Shown here: positions 44,293-54,066 of the stretch, in pieces
Numbering within the stretch: position 1 is the first letter of the stretch
Layout: every line of letters starts with the position of its first letter
From: a virus
Reading direction: 5' to 3' (one strand)
IMG/VR virus record: IMGVR_UViG_3300045988_124978
Location: 241-64,240 of that record
DNA length: 64,000 nt
Notes under the pieces: generated by a model
Seen by the model: the letters and a program-made list of their open reading frames with translations, nothing else
What the model was told of the DNA's origin: nothing
The model's database searches: none
Made by a program: the position numbers and the translations under genes

Positions 44293-44830
44293 CATTATCA
44301 TTATTTTTAGTTGTTGCAGTTGATTCTGCATCGAGTTCTTGTATGAGTTCTTCGTAGCTCTTAGTCGTGTCTATCAAGCGTTCGGTCACCTTTGATAGTG
44401 GAAGGTAATGTACCCAGGTGTACGTTTTGCCATTTCCTCCATAAAATACAACGTCACCCACTGAATTTCTGCCAGCGCACACCAGCACACCCCACGCACT
44501 TTTCTCGTCATCTCTCACTACGCATATTTGCCATTTGCACGGCTTAAAGTTGGAGTAGTTCTTGTGGTAGGTGGGGACTTCGAGGTGGATGTCTAAAGAG
44601 CTTTCATAACTATTGTTCTCACGTCCGTTTTCGCTGTACGTATATAAAATTTCTTCTCCGTCTGCCATCATAACTAAGCAGACAATCGGATAACGACCCA
44701 TCCTGTTGAAGCAAATAATGCGGGCTTCTTTTCCATTACCATTAACTATTCGTCCCGTAACCTCCTTGTTGGTTATCTTCTTCGCCAGTTCAATGTCGAA
44801 GGGAACTCTTTTAAACTTTGTTTGTGTCAT
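44288..44830 (-). CDS. hypothetical protein, family A (paralog of 47443..48177)
   Basis: MTQTKFKRVPFDIELAKKITN... shared with the paralog. Confidence 0.55.
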   Translation of the reverse strand: MTQTKFKRVPFDIELAKKITNKEVTGRIVNGNGKEARIICFNRMGRYPIVCLVMMADGEEILYTYSENGRENNSYESSLDIHLEVPTYHKNYSNFKPCKWQICVVRDDEKSAWGVLVCAGRNSVGDVVFYGGNGKTYTWVHYLPLSKVTERLIDTTKSYEELIQELDAESTATTKNNDNG

Positions 44831-44842
44831 TGCTGTTTGTTT

Positions 44843-45058
44843 TTAATCATTGAAATATTTAATGCCGTCACACATCATATCAATCATCCGTTTCTTTTCG
44901 CCACCACTCCTTACGTATGCTTCAACAAACTTTGATATAGCCATTCCAAAAATGACGCTTAAATCGACGGGAGTCGTGTATTCGTCTGCTTCTTTAATTG
45001 CACGTATTACTTTGTTAGCCCTTTCTACATAATAGGCTTCAGATTTTAAATTTTCCAT
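44843..45058 (-). CDS. hypothetical small protein
   Basis: 71-aa ORF in gene chain. Confidence 0.4.
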   Translation of the reverse strand: MENLKSEAYYVERANKVIRAIKEADEYTTPVDLSVIFGMAISKFVEAYVRSGGEKKRMIDMMCDGIKYFND

Positions 45059-45082
45059 TACTTCTTTTCTTTAGTATTTAAG

Positions 45083-45514
45083 TTAGACACCAGTACTACC
45101 TAATCCGCCTTCTCCTCGGTCGCTCTCAGACAATTCGCAAGCATCCACGTACTCAACTTCAGGCACGGGCAAGATAACAGCCTGCGCAATGCGATCGCCA
45201 AGTTTGTAGGGCCCTTCAATACCTTTGAACACCACATGGACTTCACCTCTGTAACCCGAATCAATTACCGATGCGCAATTAGCCATCATAGCTGCATGCT
45301 TGTAGCACGATGAACGCGGAAAGATGAACATTGCGTAACCTTTAGGAATTTCCACTCTCAAACCAGTGCTGTAGATCATGCACTCGTTAACAAGGTCCAC
45401 CTTGCGTGAGTTCGCCACAAGGTCGAAGCCTGCGTCACCAACGTGCATTTGTTTGGGAAGTGCAGCTAATGCACCTTTTCGAATGACTTTAATTGTAATT
45501 TTTTTCGATTCCAT
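45083..45514 (-). CDS. dut: dUTP diphosphatase (dUTPase)
   Basis: all signature motifs present: AGFDL, PRSS, VIDSGYRGEV, RGEGGLGSTG. Confidence 0.9.
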   Translation of the reverse strand: MESKKITIKVIRKGALAALPKQMHVGDAGFDLVANSRKVDLVNECMIYSTGLRVEIPKGYAMFIFPRSSCYKHAAMMANCASVIDSGYRGEVHVVFKGIEGPYKLGDRIAQAVILPVPEVEYVDACELSESDRGEGGLGSTGV

Positions 45515-45541
45515 TTTATTGTTTGTTATTGATTTTAGAAC

Positions 45542-45817
45542 TTATTTTTCGATTCCTTGCAACTGCCTTACTAAGCGGTTGTTCTCGTCTATGAGCTGAT
45601 TCAAACGCTGCTCTAGTTTTACTTTTTCTTTCACCATCTCGTCCAATTTTTTGATGAGTTCATCATCTTTCTCCACCTTTCGCTTCAACCATATTTTACT
45701 GTTGTAATCACTCTCAAGGTGAATAAACTCCCATCCATACTTTCCCTCTGCATTTAGTCTAGGCATAGGGTCTTCGTTATTGAGAATGAGAATGGCTTTA
45801 TATTCAAACTTGTTCAT
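45542..45817 (-). CDS. hypothetical coiled-coil protein
   Basis: 91 aa. Confidence 0.4.
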   Translation of the reverse strand: MNKFEYKAILILNNEDPMPRLNAEGKYGWEFIHLESDYNSKIWLKRKVEKDDELIKKLDEMVKEKVKLEQRLNQLIDENNRLVRQLQGIEK

Positions 45818-45885
45818 TGTTTATTTGTTTTTAAAATTTATTCCATGTCTTTCTTATACGAAGGCATGCTTCACGCTTGTTGCAG

Positions 45886-46488
45886 TTATTGCCGTGGCAT
45901 GGAATTAGTTTGCTCATAATCGTTTATTTGTTTCTTAATCCATTTTTTTAACCACTGCTTTTGCTTTTCGCTAGCAGGATAGCAACTTGTTATGAATCCG
46001 TAATGATAAGTGTACGGTTCATATTGTAGTCGTCCACGAGCATTGTCTGCATAGGCTTCATAATATACTTCTCCTTCTGCGCCAATGTGATGAATTTTGA
46101 TGAGCGTGTCGTCTGACGCATGAACAATGTCTCCACGATTTACCATATTGGCTTCAAGCTTAAAACGGAACTGCATACGAAGAAAAGCATCTTGCTTAAT
46201 ATATGCTTCCATTTCTTCTTTAGTGTGCTCGCCTTCCCATAGTAAATCAGTATGACAACCATCGCGTGCATCATCCACCGACCAAGGAACTGCATACACA
46301 GACCACTCAGAACCGAATAATAAACCTTGGCTATATTTGCCTTTTTTCTCTATCCAATTAAGCATAGCACCATCGAAACGCGCCCAATCGTCACTTTTTA
46401 CATTAGGCAAATCTGAATTGATAGGCAGAGCATAATGCCCAGCACAACCATTCGTTCCGAAATAGAACATTCGTTGTTTCTTTTCCAT
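45886..46488 (-). CDS. hypothetical protein
   Basis: 200 aa. Confidence 0.45.
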   Translation of the reverse strand: MEKKQRMFYFGTNGCAGHYALPINSDLPNVKSDDWARFDGAMLNWIEKKGKYSQGLLFGSEWSVYAVPWSVDDARDGCHTDLLWEGEHTKEEMEAYIKQDAFLRMQFRFKLEANMVNRGDIVHASDDTLIKIHHIGAEGEVYYEAYADNARGRLQYEPYTYHYGFITSCYPASEKQKQWLKKWIKKQINDYEQTNSMPRQ

Positions 46489-46490
46489 TG

Positions 46491-46970
46491 TTACTCTTTT
46501 ACTGTAATTCCGTAGTATTGGAAGAATAAGTCTTCAAACTGATTGGCTGCGTAGAGGGCGGCTTCCTCGCTGTTAAAGCACAAGGGGAAACCAAAAGTCG
46601 TATCCGCATACGCACCACGATAAGCCGCATACGCACAGCGGACACCCACATTCTCCGTAGCATACGCAACAGCACAGGAGAGGAGTTGTCTAATACCCTT
46701 TCTCTGCTTCTCCTCCTCACTCATGCGCTCCATTTCTTCCTTTGAGTAGAGCTTCCAGTAAGGGTAATAGCTCCAGCCTTCTTCATCACGCCAAACACCA
46801 TTGTTGATAGCCTTTTGAATAATGAGTAGTTTGTATAGTGCATTTGCTTGCAAGAATGCCGAGGCAACGCCAAATGATTCTACAGTGAGAGCTTCGGCAG
46901 GAAGCCCAAACCGCTTGCAAGCATCCTCAAATGTTTTGATTTCGTAAAAGTCGAATTGTTTATTTTCCAT
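46491..46970 (-). CDS. hypothetical protein, family B copy 2
   Basis: paralog of 43816..44292. Confidence 0.55.
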   Translation of the reverse strand: MENKQFDFYEIKTFEDACKRFGLPAEALTVESFGVASAFLQANALYKLLIIQKAINNGVWRDEEGWSYYPYWKLYSKEEMERMSEEEKQRKGIRQLLSCAVAYATENVGVRCAYAAYRGAYADTTFGFPLCFNSEEAALYAANQFEDLFFQYYGITVKE

Positions 46971-46972
46971 TG

Positions 46973-47446
46973 TTATTCTGGTTTGTTTGTTGTTCCTACA
47001 AGATGCTCATTTCCTTCGTAAGGAATGCACTGCTTAAAAGCAAAATCTGTCATGTGATGAAGATTCATTATATGGTATGGATTATTCCAAGACTTCTCGA
47101 ATTTCTCGAAGAACCCTGCCAACCATTTGTCTGTATCTGAATTTCTAACCAGCACCCAATCAAATGGCTTGAACTGATGTTTAGTTTCTTGGTCATTAAC
47201 TTGGTCACTCACTACAAACTTGCTCCAATCGCGTTGGTCTTTTGATGGGAAGAGCGTAGGTTCTGCATCTGTTATGTTACGTTTACCATCTTCTGTAAAA
47301 CTTACTGTGCTTCCACTCCTTATTACCTTACAATATATAGGATAAAGCGAGCAAGACAGAACGTACAATAAGCTTAGCTCGCCAAATATTGAGCTATAAA
47401 GCTTCGTTCCTTTCGGGCAATTCTTCAAAATTTTTGCTATGTTCAT
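46973..47446 (-). CDS. hypothetical protein, family C copy 2
   Basis: paralog of 43330..43794. Confidence 0.55.
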   Translation of the reverse strand: MNIAKILKNCPKGTKLYSSIFGELSLLYVLSCSLYPIYCKVIRSGSTVSFTEDGKRNITDAEPTLFPSKDQRDWSKFVVSDQVNDQETKHQFKPFDWVLVRNSDTDKWLAGFFEKFEKSWNNPYHIMNLHHMTDFAFKQCIPYEGNEHLVGTTNKPE

Positions 47447-48177
47447 AATTGTTCGTTTTGAGTTAATTCCGCATCAAGTTCTTGTATGAGTTCTTCGTAG
47501 CTCTTTTTCGTGCCAATCAGTCGTTCGGTAACATCGTCTAGCGGAAGAACGTTTTCCACATGTTCCGTGCCTCCATCTTGGTTGTAAAAAATCACATTGT
47601 CAACTTCGTCTCGACCAGCACACACCCGGATCTCCCACTTGTCTGCTTGATAATTTCGTGCCACACATGGATTCAACTTGCACGGCTCAAAATTGGAGTA
47701 GTCTTTGTAGTAAGTTGGCACTTCGATGTGGAGATTTTTGCCATATACATTATCGCCCAATGCTTTTCCGTCAAGTTTATAAGCAACTACATAGTCATAA
47801 TCATATTCTTTAATTAGAGCTAAAAGTTGAACTAGAGAATAGCATTTTCTGTCAAAGCAAATAATTCTTGCATTAAATCCAGCCTCAGTTACAATCTGTC
47901 CTTTGATTTCGTGATTTGTTATCTTCTTCGCCAATTCAAGGTCGAAGGGAACTCTCTTAAATTGTATTTCGGTCTTAGGTTGTATTGCTTCCGTTGTTGT
48001 TTGTGTCATTGTTGTACGTTTTTTAGTTGTTGCAGTTGATGCTGCATCAAGTTCTTTAATAAATTCTTCGTAACACTCGTTGGTTATCTTCTTAGCCAGT
48101 TCAAGGTTGAAGGGAAATTTCTTAAATTTGGTTTGTGTCATTGTTGTTTTGTTTTTTATGATTAAACTTACGTTCAT
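47443..48177 (-). CDS. hypothetical protein, family A copy 2, N-terminally fused to a remnant (N-terminal 22 aa + C-terminal ~20 aa) of a further A-type copy
   Basis: MTQTKFKKFPFNLELAKKITNE + CYEEFIKELDAASTATTKKRTT + MTQTTTEAIQPKTEIQFKRVPFDLELAKKITNH... Confidence 0.5.
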   Translation of the reverse strand: MNVSLIIKNKTTMTQTKFKKFPFNLELAKKITNECYEEFIKELDAASTATTKKRTTMTQTTTEAIQPKTEIQFKRVPFDLELAKKITNHEIKGQIVTEAGFNARIICFDRKCYSLVQLLALIKEYDYDYVVAYKLDGKALGDNVYGKNLHIEVPTYYKDYSNFEPCKLNPCVARNYQADKWEIRVCAGRDEVDNVIFYNQDGGTEHVENVLPLDDVTERLIGTKKSYEELIQELDAELTQNEQL

Positions 48178-48446
48178 TGGACTGCGTTCTTACACCAATA
48201 CACACTAAGGGTTGTTCCCTCAGAAGACAAATAGCACTCGTACTTGTAAATGTTTTTTAGCACAAAGCGAACATCTTCAAAACAGAATCTGTTGAGAAAT
48301 AATTTGTTTGCATTCCGAATTTTTACAGAACTTTGTCCATTCTCGCAAGCCTTTGCAATATGATTGGCTATGATGTTGAGTTGGTCTTTATATTTTTCTT
48401 CGAGTATTTTTCCAGTGAGTTGTCTTGCTTCTTCTGCTTTAATCAT
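48174..48446 (-). CDS. hypothetical small protein
   Basis: 90 aa. Confidence 0.4.
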   Translation of the reverse strand: MIKAEEARQLTGKILEEKYKDQLNIIANHIAKACENGQSSVKIRNANKLFLNRFCFEDVRFVLKNIYKYECYLSSEGTTLSVYWCKNAVQ

Positions 48447-48627
48447 GCGAACCTCCTTCCTTTTTTTTAGGTTTAAACATGGGGCATACCCTCATGCTTG
48501 GTCTTTCAGGCAGCAAGCACCAATATTCCCACTTGTCTCCAATTACCTTAGGTGTTGGTAAACCTACGTTGTCATGCGTTGGTACTACCATATCTGTTAC
48601 ACCAAGTTTCTTACTCATAGAATACAT
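48439..48627 (-). CDS. hypothetical small protein
   Basis: 62 aa. Confidence 0.3.
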   Translation of the reverse strand: MYSMSKKLGVTDMVVPTHDNVGLPTPKVIGDKWEYWCLLPERPSMRVCPMFKPKKKEGGSHD

Positions 48628-48643
48628 ACGCGCATTAAACTCG

Positions 48644-48901
48644 TCAATTTGATTTTGTGTTTTGCGCGCATCCTTTCTCCTCCTTGATGTCGGAATAATC
48701 GACCTTTAATACAAATTTCCTGTCAATATATTCTTTTCTGCCCCGGATGTCTTTGAGTGTAAGACCTTTGGTGGCTTTGACACGCTTACACTTATTTAGT
48801 GGCACTCGAAGGTTTTTGACATTGGCATTTTTGGAAAGATAGTCTGTAATTTCGATGCAGCGCATTATCAGCTTATAAACTTTATAATCCTTCTTTTTCA
48901 T
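48644..48901 (-). CDS. hypothetical small basic protein
   Basis: 85 aa. Confidence 0.4.
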   Translation of the reverse strand: MKKKDYKVYKLIMRCIEITDYLSKNANVKNLRVPLNKCKRVKATKGLTLKDIRGRKEYIDRKFVLKVDYSDIKEEKGCAQNTKSN

Positions 48902-49101
48902 ATTAATCCTCCAGTTCTTTAAGGACTTGCTCGCATCTTTCCATATTCAAGTCCATGTATGTCATAAGATGTTCGTCTTTGCCCATATACATACCCTTTA
49001 CAAGAAAGAGACTATCCTTAATCTCTTTCATTAACTCAATAGTTTTTGCTTTATTCATTGCTTATGACCACTAATTTGTAACCATTTTTTAGAGTTGTAT
49101 T

Positions 49102-49713
49102 TTATTTTACAAGATAAAAATTGTAAACGAAAACCCAAGGGTTGCTCTCCCATGTGCCCTTGCCGCTGATTTTGTCTATCAGGGCAGCGTAGGCTTCTTT
49201 CGCTGTTCTGAACGAGGAGTTGGCAAGACCGTGATACCAATATGTCATGCCTTCAAACCCTACGTTGTCGTCACACCAAATGCCTTCTTTTAGGCAGTCG
49301 GCTTCGCTGATGTCTTGCAGACGTTCTACGCGGATGTTGGTAATGCGAATATGATGGGGCATAAGGTCTGCACGGACAAACATCTTGTTGTTGCACCCTC
49401 TCTCGTATTTGATGCACTCCAAAGGCATTCCGTTTTTGCCACAAAGACGGTAAAATTCATCGTTCTTTATCAAATCTTCGTATTTCTGGGCGATGGCTAT
49501 GGTTTCGCCTATTTTATAGTGGGCGGTTTTAAACCTGTTGTTGCAAAGCGTAAGCAGAGCCTGTCCATTGTCGAGCTTTTTGAGTTGGAAATCTTCACCA
49601 CCAAACACAACAAACCCGTTTTGCGTATAGACTATTCTTCTTGTCTGCGTCTTTCGACCGTCAAGTACGGCTTGTGTTAAGCCGCACTCGTCGTTGAACA
49701 TTATCTTTTTCAT
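49102..49713 (-). CDS. hypothetical protein with ASCH-like N-terminal domain
   Basis: AVLDGRKTQTRR resembles the ASCH GxKT.E.R motif. Confidence 0.4.
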   Translation of the reverse strand: MKKIMFNDECGLTQAVLDGRKTQTRRIVYTQNGFVVFGGEDFQLKKLDNGQALLTLCNNRFKTAHYKIGETIAIAQKYEDLIKNDEFYRLCGKNGMPLECIKYERGCNNKMFVRADLMPHHIRITNIRVERLQDISEADCLKEGIWCDDNVGFEGMTYWYHGLANSSFRTAKEAYAALIDKISGKGTWESNPWVFVYNFYLVK

Positions 49714-49740
49714 AAAAATATTATTAATAAGTTTGAGTAT

Positions 49741-49974
49741 TTAAATCTCTCGTCCGAGCGGCTCTGGAGGTATCACACGACTAAATTTGCGTACGATACG
49801 CTCGGCACGGCGTATGCGTTCGTTAATGAGTGTTAGTAGAAGCACGTTAGAAGGACGCACGTCATATCTATTCCAATAGTTAGCCGTTCTACGCCCTGAT
49901 CTCTTGATGATTTTTCTCGCTTGCCGAAGTTTCATATTTATACTTTTAGTTCTGCGTTCAACCCCAACGCCCAA
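49741..49974 (-). CDS. hypothetical small basic protein
   Basis: 77 aa. Confidence 0.35.
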   Translation of the reverse strand: MGVGVERRTKSINMKLRQARKIIKRSGRRTANYWNRYDVRPSNVLLLTLINERIRRAERIVRKFSRVIPPEPLGREI

Positions 49975-50396
49975 AGGATATGTTGAAGTTCGTGGATGTA
50001 TTTAATTTTTCGTAACAGAGCATAATCGTACAAACTACAATACTTAATGAAAACGGCCCAATTACCACTTTTCCGCTCTACCGCCGAATATCTCGCAAGA
50101 GAATACTCCTCGTTATCAAGAGGCTTTGTATAGTATTCACCAACGGATTCTTCCTTAAAATCATTTTTGTTGAGTATTTCGGGTGTAACGGGTATGCCTT
50201 CGACATTGCAGCACCAAACGCCCCAAGGACCGTCGTCGTCATCGTTGATAGCACTTAGACTGACAACTCCTTTTTTATCATTAAAAACTTTTAGGGGATT
50301 TATATCAGAAACAACGCACATTGTGCCTTTCGGAAACGCGCAATCGCGACTCACCCTTACAAGGTCGCCTGTTCTTAGGTCTTCGGGGTTAATCAT
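49938..50396 (-). CDS. hypothetical protein
   Basis: 152 aa. Confidence 0.45.
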   Translation of the reverse strand: MINPEDLRTGDLVRVSRDCAFPKGTMCVVSDINPLKVFNDKKGVVSLSAINDDDDGPWGVWCCNVEGIPVTPEILNKNDFKEESVGEYYTKPLDNEEYSLARYSAVERKSGNWAVFIKYCSLYDYALLRKIKYIHELQHILWALGLNAELKV

Positions 50397-50775
50397 TTTG
50401 TTCGTTCTTTTTTAGTTCTTTGATAAGTGTATCTGCGAAGCGTATAGCTTCACGGCAGCAGCCTTCGAGAGTCTTATACTCAAAGCCGTTGATTGGCGAG
50501 TGGTCATCTCTTGCCGCATTGCCATCGTCGGTGTAGATGGCAGGGAGCATGGTCTTTGCTATCTCGTAGCGGCGTTGTTCCCAGTTTACGTTACGGTCAG
50601 CTCGTCCCATGTAAGCCCAGTATAAATCAAGGTTCTTGTCATAGCTATTCTTTGAGTCGAGAATGAAACCGTTAAACTCTGCGACAACACGACTTCCTGA
50701 TATTTTGGCGGTGTGTAATACTAATTTGACAGCATCTTCAATGCTCGTCATTGATTTAATCTCTATTGTTTCCAT
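50389..50775 (-). CDS. hypothetical protein
   Basis: 128 aa. Confidence 0.45.
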   Translation of the reverse strand: METIEIKSMTSIEDAVKLVLHTAKISGSRVVAEFNGFILDSKNSYDKNLDLYWAYMGRADRNVNWEQRRYEIAKTMLPAIYTDDGNAARDDHSPINGFEYKTLEGCCREAIRFADTLIKELKKNEQND

Positions 50776-50844
50776 AACTACTTAATTTTTTGGATTGATA
50801 ACTGGTATTTTCCGTGCCCAATTTCCGAAGAAAACTTTCTTAAA

Positions 50845-51270
50845 TTATTTTATCACCATTTCTGGGTTGTCGTAGATGTTTCCAACAATTTCTACATCGC
50901 CTTCGTAATCGTAAGCCACAACATAATATAGCGACCAATCTTTATCTCCTCCTGGTTCCGGATGGGCATATACCACTTTGAAGCAGTAACCACGACCCTC
51001 CTCCACATGACCAACAACTTTACCATTGTGTGCAAGAATATCTCCGTTATAAATTTCACGTCCGTGCTTGTCGTTCAAACCTGTTGACTGACAGATAAAA
51101 CACACTTCAATAGCCTTTGCTTCATACTCGCCTTTATTATTGAATTTTGGTGCTGTGTTTGGGATAATGAACGTGTTGCCCATTGGGGTTACGCAACCAC
51201 CACCATACACCCAATTGTCAGGCGTGTTGCTCTTGTTTTTGGCTTTTCCACGAAAACTAATCTTTCTCAT
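50845..51270 (-). CDS. YopX-family phage protein
   Basis: C-terminal VGNIYDNPEMV matches the YopX signature GNIYENPELL. Confidence 0.6.
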   Translation of the reverse strand: MRKISFRGKAKNKSNTPDNWVYGGGCVTPMGNTFIIPNTAPKFNNKGEYEAKAIEVCFICQSTGLNDKHGREIYNGDILAHNGKVVGHVEEGRGYCFKVVYAHPEPGGDKDWSLYYVVAYDYEGDVEIVGNIYDNPEMVIK

Positions 51271-51292
51271 TGTCTTGTTTTTTTGGTTTATA

Positions 51293-52141
51293 CTATCTTC
51301 TACTTTTACCTGTTAATGGAATTACGTTGTAAGTTTTGAAGCGATCCACAAGTCTGCCGTAGCCGTCGTTGCGCTTGAACCGCTTTTCAAGTTCATTATT
51401 GTCAAGGTTTGTAGTGAGGTGCGCGAACTTGCCGAACTGCGTCCAAATTTCGTTGCGAGCATGAAGAAACTCATCGGTGAGTAACCCGGTGTCCATTCCG
51501 AAGAACGTGCGGTCTTGAATGCCTATATCGTTGAGGCACACGTTTTCGGGTTTGCACTGGAATCCCTTGCTTTCCTCCTCAAAGTAAGTGAAACGGTCGA
51601 GGTTATTGTGAATGGTGTAGTAGTTGACCATTTGTGTTACAGAGAGATTGTGAAAGTAACGAGGATTGTTGGTGCGTCTTAGATACTCGCTGAAGATTTG
51701 CATGAGAAGCGTTTTTCCGACGCCCACACCGCCCTGTATGAGTAGGTTTTTGTGCAGTTTGTAACCACGTTCTGGGAATACCTTTTCAGCTAAAGGGCAG
51801 TTGTTGAAGTAGAGCAAGAGGAAGCGCAGCACCTGCTTGTTGTCGTCGTCAACGATGAACTTGCGCCTTTGTGGAGCCAGCACAACAGAGTCAGCAATGT
51901 AAATAAGGAACTTAGAATGTGCGTTATACACATCAGGATCTGCGAGATTTGGTGTATTCGCTTTTTCTCTGTCGTATTGTTGCCTTAAATTGAGCGCACA
52001 TTGGTGTAGCGTAAGCCACGGAACATCATTTATCTTGTCGCGACTTGCAAGTGCAGAAAGCACAGCAGCGTCCCAATCTCTATTCCCTGTTGGTTTGCGG
52101 TTGAAACTGACAAGTCCGTTGATTATGTCTTTGTAGTCCAT
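51293..52141 (-). CDS. DnaC/IstB-like AAA+ ATPase (putative helicase loader)
   Basis: Walker A GGVGVGKT, Walker B VCLNDIG; next to a DnaD-like gene. Confidence 0.6.
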   Translation of the reverse strand: MDYKDIINGLVSFNRKPTGNRDWDAAVLSALASRDKINDVPWLTLHQCALNLRQQYDREKANTPNLADPDVYNAHSKFLIYIADSVVLAPQRRKFIVDDDNKQVLRFLLLYFNNCPLAEKVFPERGYKLHKNLLIQGGVGVGKTLLMQIFSEYLRRTNNPRYFHNLSVTQMVNYYTIHNNLDRFTYFEEESKGFQCKPENVCLNDIGIQDRTFFGMDTGLLTDEFLHARNEIWTQFGKFAHLTTNLDNNELEKRFKRNDGYGRLVDRFKTYNVIPLTGKSRR

Positions 52142-52148
52142 ATTTCAT

Positions 52149-52757
52149 TTAAACATCTTGTCCGCCAAATCCACCATTAAATTCGTAGGACGGTGGCGGA
52201 AGTTGGTCTGCATCTTCTTCGTGTTGTATGGGGTAAGCCTTACGCATCCATGCACAAAAGTGTCGCTTTGCGTCTGTTAAGCTATCATGCGCTTTGCCAT
52301 CAGCCTCGCATTGAATGTGGTTTTGAAACGCATCAAGCCGTTTGGATAATTCTTCAGCATCAATGTGAAACTGCATGCACACAGGTTCATTCCATGTGCG
52401 GTCGGTTTTCATCTGCTCAATCTCCTGCAAGAGTGTAAGCGTATAGGTTGATGGAGGTGTAGGAATGTCGGCTTTGATCTTGGCAGACGAGGCAGCTTTG
52501 CCTTTCTTCGTTGGTCGACCGCCAAGTTTGCCGAATTTTTTGCCATTCTCTATGCGTGTGATGCTCGCGTCAATGTTAGGCTTGACGAGAATAAACACCC
52601 CTTGTGCGATATCGGAGAGGCCCTTTGGTTCCTTGCCGTTAAGCGCATACTCAACGAGTGCAGGGTAGACCTCAGCCTGTACCTCTGGTGGCATCAGCCT
52701 GATAGCCTCATGAAAACTGCGATAGAAAATAAAACTGTCTCGTGCCATATAAATCAA
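52149..52757 (-). CDS. putative replisome organiser (DnaD-like/phage Lin1244-type N-terminal domain)
   Basis: N-terminal FIFYRSFHEAIRLMP...ALVEYALNG pattern; adjacent to DnaC-like ATPase. Confidence 0.4.
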   Translation of the reverse strand: MIYMARDSFIFYRSFHEAIRLMPPEVQAEVYPALVEYALNGKEPKGLSDIAQGVFILVKPNIDASITRIENGKKFGKLGGRPTKKGKAASSAKIKADIPTPPSTYTLTLLQEIEQMKTDRTWNEPVCMQFHIDAEELSKRLDAFQNHIQCEADGKAHDSLTDAKRHFCAWMRKAYPIQHEEDADQLPPPSYEFNGGFGGQDV

Positions 52758-53137
52758 ACCTCTTTAATGCGGATGCCATGCACATGCAGCATGAGTTTCC
52801 TCTTGATGATGTACTCTTTAGTTCTAACCCCTTTTGTATCCTCTACAACTGTTTGTCTTGTCGCATTGTCTGTGTAAACAAAGTCTGCGATGTAGGAACA
52901 AGCACGTTCGAGAAGGACACGTGTAGGACGATTTTTGAAATCTTTGCCACACTCTTCGTATTGTGCAGGTATCAACAGGTATTTTACTTGTTCCCGAAGG
53001 TCGGAGATAAGTCCGGCACGCTGCATCATGCGTAGCTCAGCAGCCCGGTAGTGCTCCTTCTTGGATGCGTGAGAGCCTACGCGCTTGTTGCCGTACTTAT
53101 TCCGACCTTGGAAAGCAAAGGATGAAAACTTAGCCAT
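52754..53137 (-). CDS. DUF1064-family protein (putative nuclease-fold protein common in phage replication modules)
   Basis: NKYGNKRV..S.KE..R..EL..M..AG.ISDL..QV.Y.LIPAQ.E pattern. Confidence 0.55.
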   Translation of the reverse strand: MAKFSSFAFQGRNKYGNKRVGSHASKKEHYRAAELRMMQRAGLISDLREQVKYLLIPAQYEECGKDFKNRPTRVLLERACSYIADFVYTDNATRQTVVEDTKGVRTKEYIIKRKLMLHVHGIRIKEV

Positions 53138-53582
53138 TACTGCTTGTTTTATTAACCATGTAGCGGAACAAGTCCATTATTTTAGTTTCGTCGAGCGTAG
53201 CAATCTCGTAGTCAACGACTGTGGTTTTCATGTGCCCGACAACCACCGTGTGGGCATTGTTGATGTCGGAAGCCTTTACAATGAAGTAAACCGCCTGTTT
53301 CTTTTCCTTAGCTGTTTTCTCGTCAAAGGTTACGAACATCAACTTAGCCTTGAACCACTTGTCGGCAGAGTCGGCACCATTCTCGACAATCTCGGAGTAG
53401 TTGGTGCGCTTGATAGTGACCACTTCGAAGTCGCCAGATATGTACGGTTCCATTTCCTTTGTGATGCGTCCTTCAGCCTCGGCAAACGAGCAAGCATCAA
53501 CAAGATATAACTCTGTGACTTTCCTAGACAACCCATTCGGCATAGTCCGCTCGTATCGTACGCCACATTCGTATAACATCAT
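53130..53582 (-). CDS. hypothetical protein
   Basis: 150 aa. Confidence 0.45.
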   Translation of the reverse strand: MMLYECGVRYERTMPNGLSRKVTELYLVDACSFAEAEGRITKEMEPYISGDFEVVTIKRTNYSEIVENGADSADKWFKAKLMFVTFDEKTAKEKKQAVYFIVKASDINNAHTVVVGHMKTTVVDYEIATLDETKIMDLFRYMVNKTSSNG

Positions 53583-53584
53583 AA

Positions 53585-53866
53585 TTAATCCTCCTTATTA
53601 AAAGTTTTGACAAGTTCCTTACTCGGTCGTAGTTTGATAGACTTATGAGCAGGGATGGTTACGCTGTCTCCGGTCTTGAAGTTGCGTGCTGTGCGCTCGG
53701 CTACCTCAACAGGGGTGAATGTGCCGAAGCCACGAATTGTAAGACATTCGCCCTTAGCGATTGTTTCTTTAATCAATCTGAATACTCCATCAATCGCCTT
53801 AACGGTTGTAGAGAGGTGAAGCTTTTCTGATACTGAAACTTCACGTGCAAGTTCATTTTTTGTCAT
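53585..53866 (-). CDS. HU/IHF-family DNA-binding protein
   Basis: GFGTF..V.VAERTARNFKTGDSVTIPA...KL.PSKELVK matches the HU signature GFGxF...R.gRNP.TG. Confidence 0.85.
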   Translation of the reverse strand: MTKNELAREVSVSEKLHLSTTVKAIDGVFRLIKETIAKGECLTIRGFGTFTPVEVAERTARNFKTGDSVTIPAHKSIKLRPSKELVKTFNKED

Positions 53867-54066
53867 TGTAGTTTATTTTTAAGTTTATCGATAAGTTTTC
53901 TGATGCACCATGCACGGCACGAATTGCGCAAGCCTTGCTGTTGATCGTAGAGTGCAGCTGCATCGTTGAGATACTTGATAACCTTTTGTAGGTCGGTTTT
54001 GCAGAGGTCAGCCATCGTCGTCCGGATTGAGGAAGAGTGACGTAAGCTGATCGAAGTACATTTCAT
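53863..54066 (-). CDS. hypothetical small protein
   Basis: 67 aa. Confidence 0.35.
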   Translation of the reverse strand: MKCTSISLRHSSSIRTTMADLCKTDLQKVIKYLNDAAALYDQQQGLRNSCRAWCIRKLIDKLKNKLQ

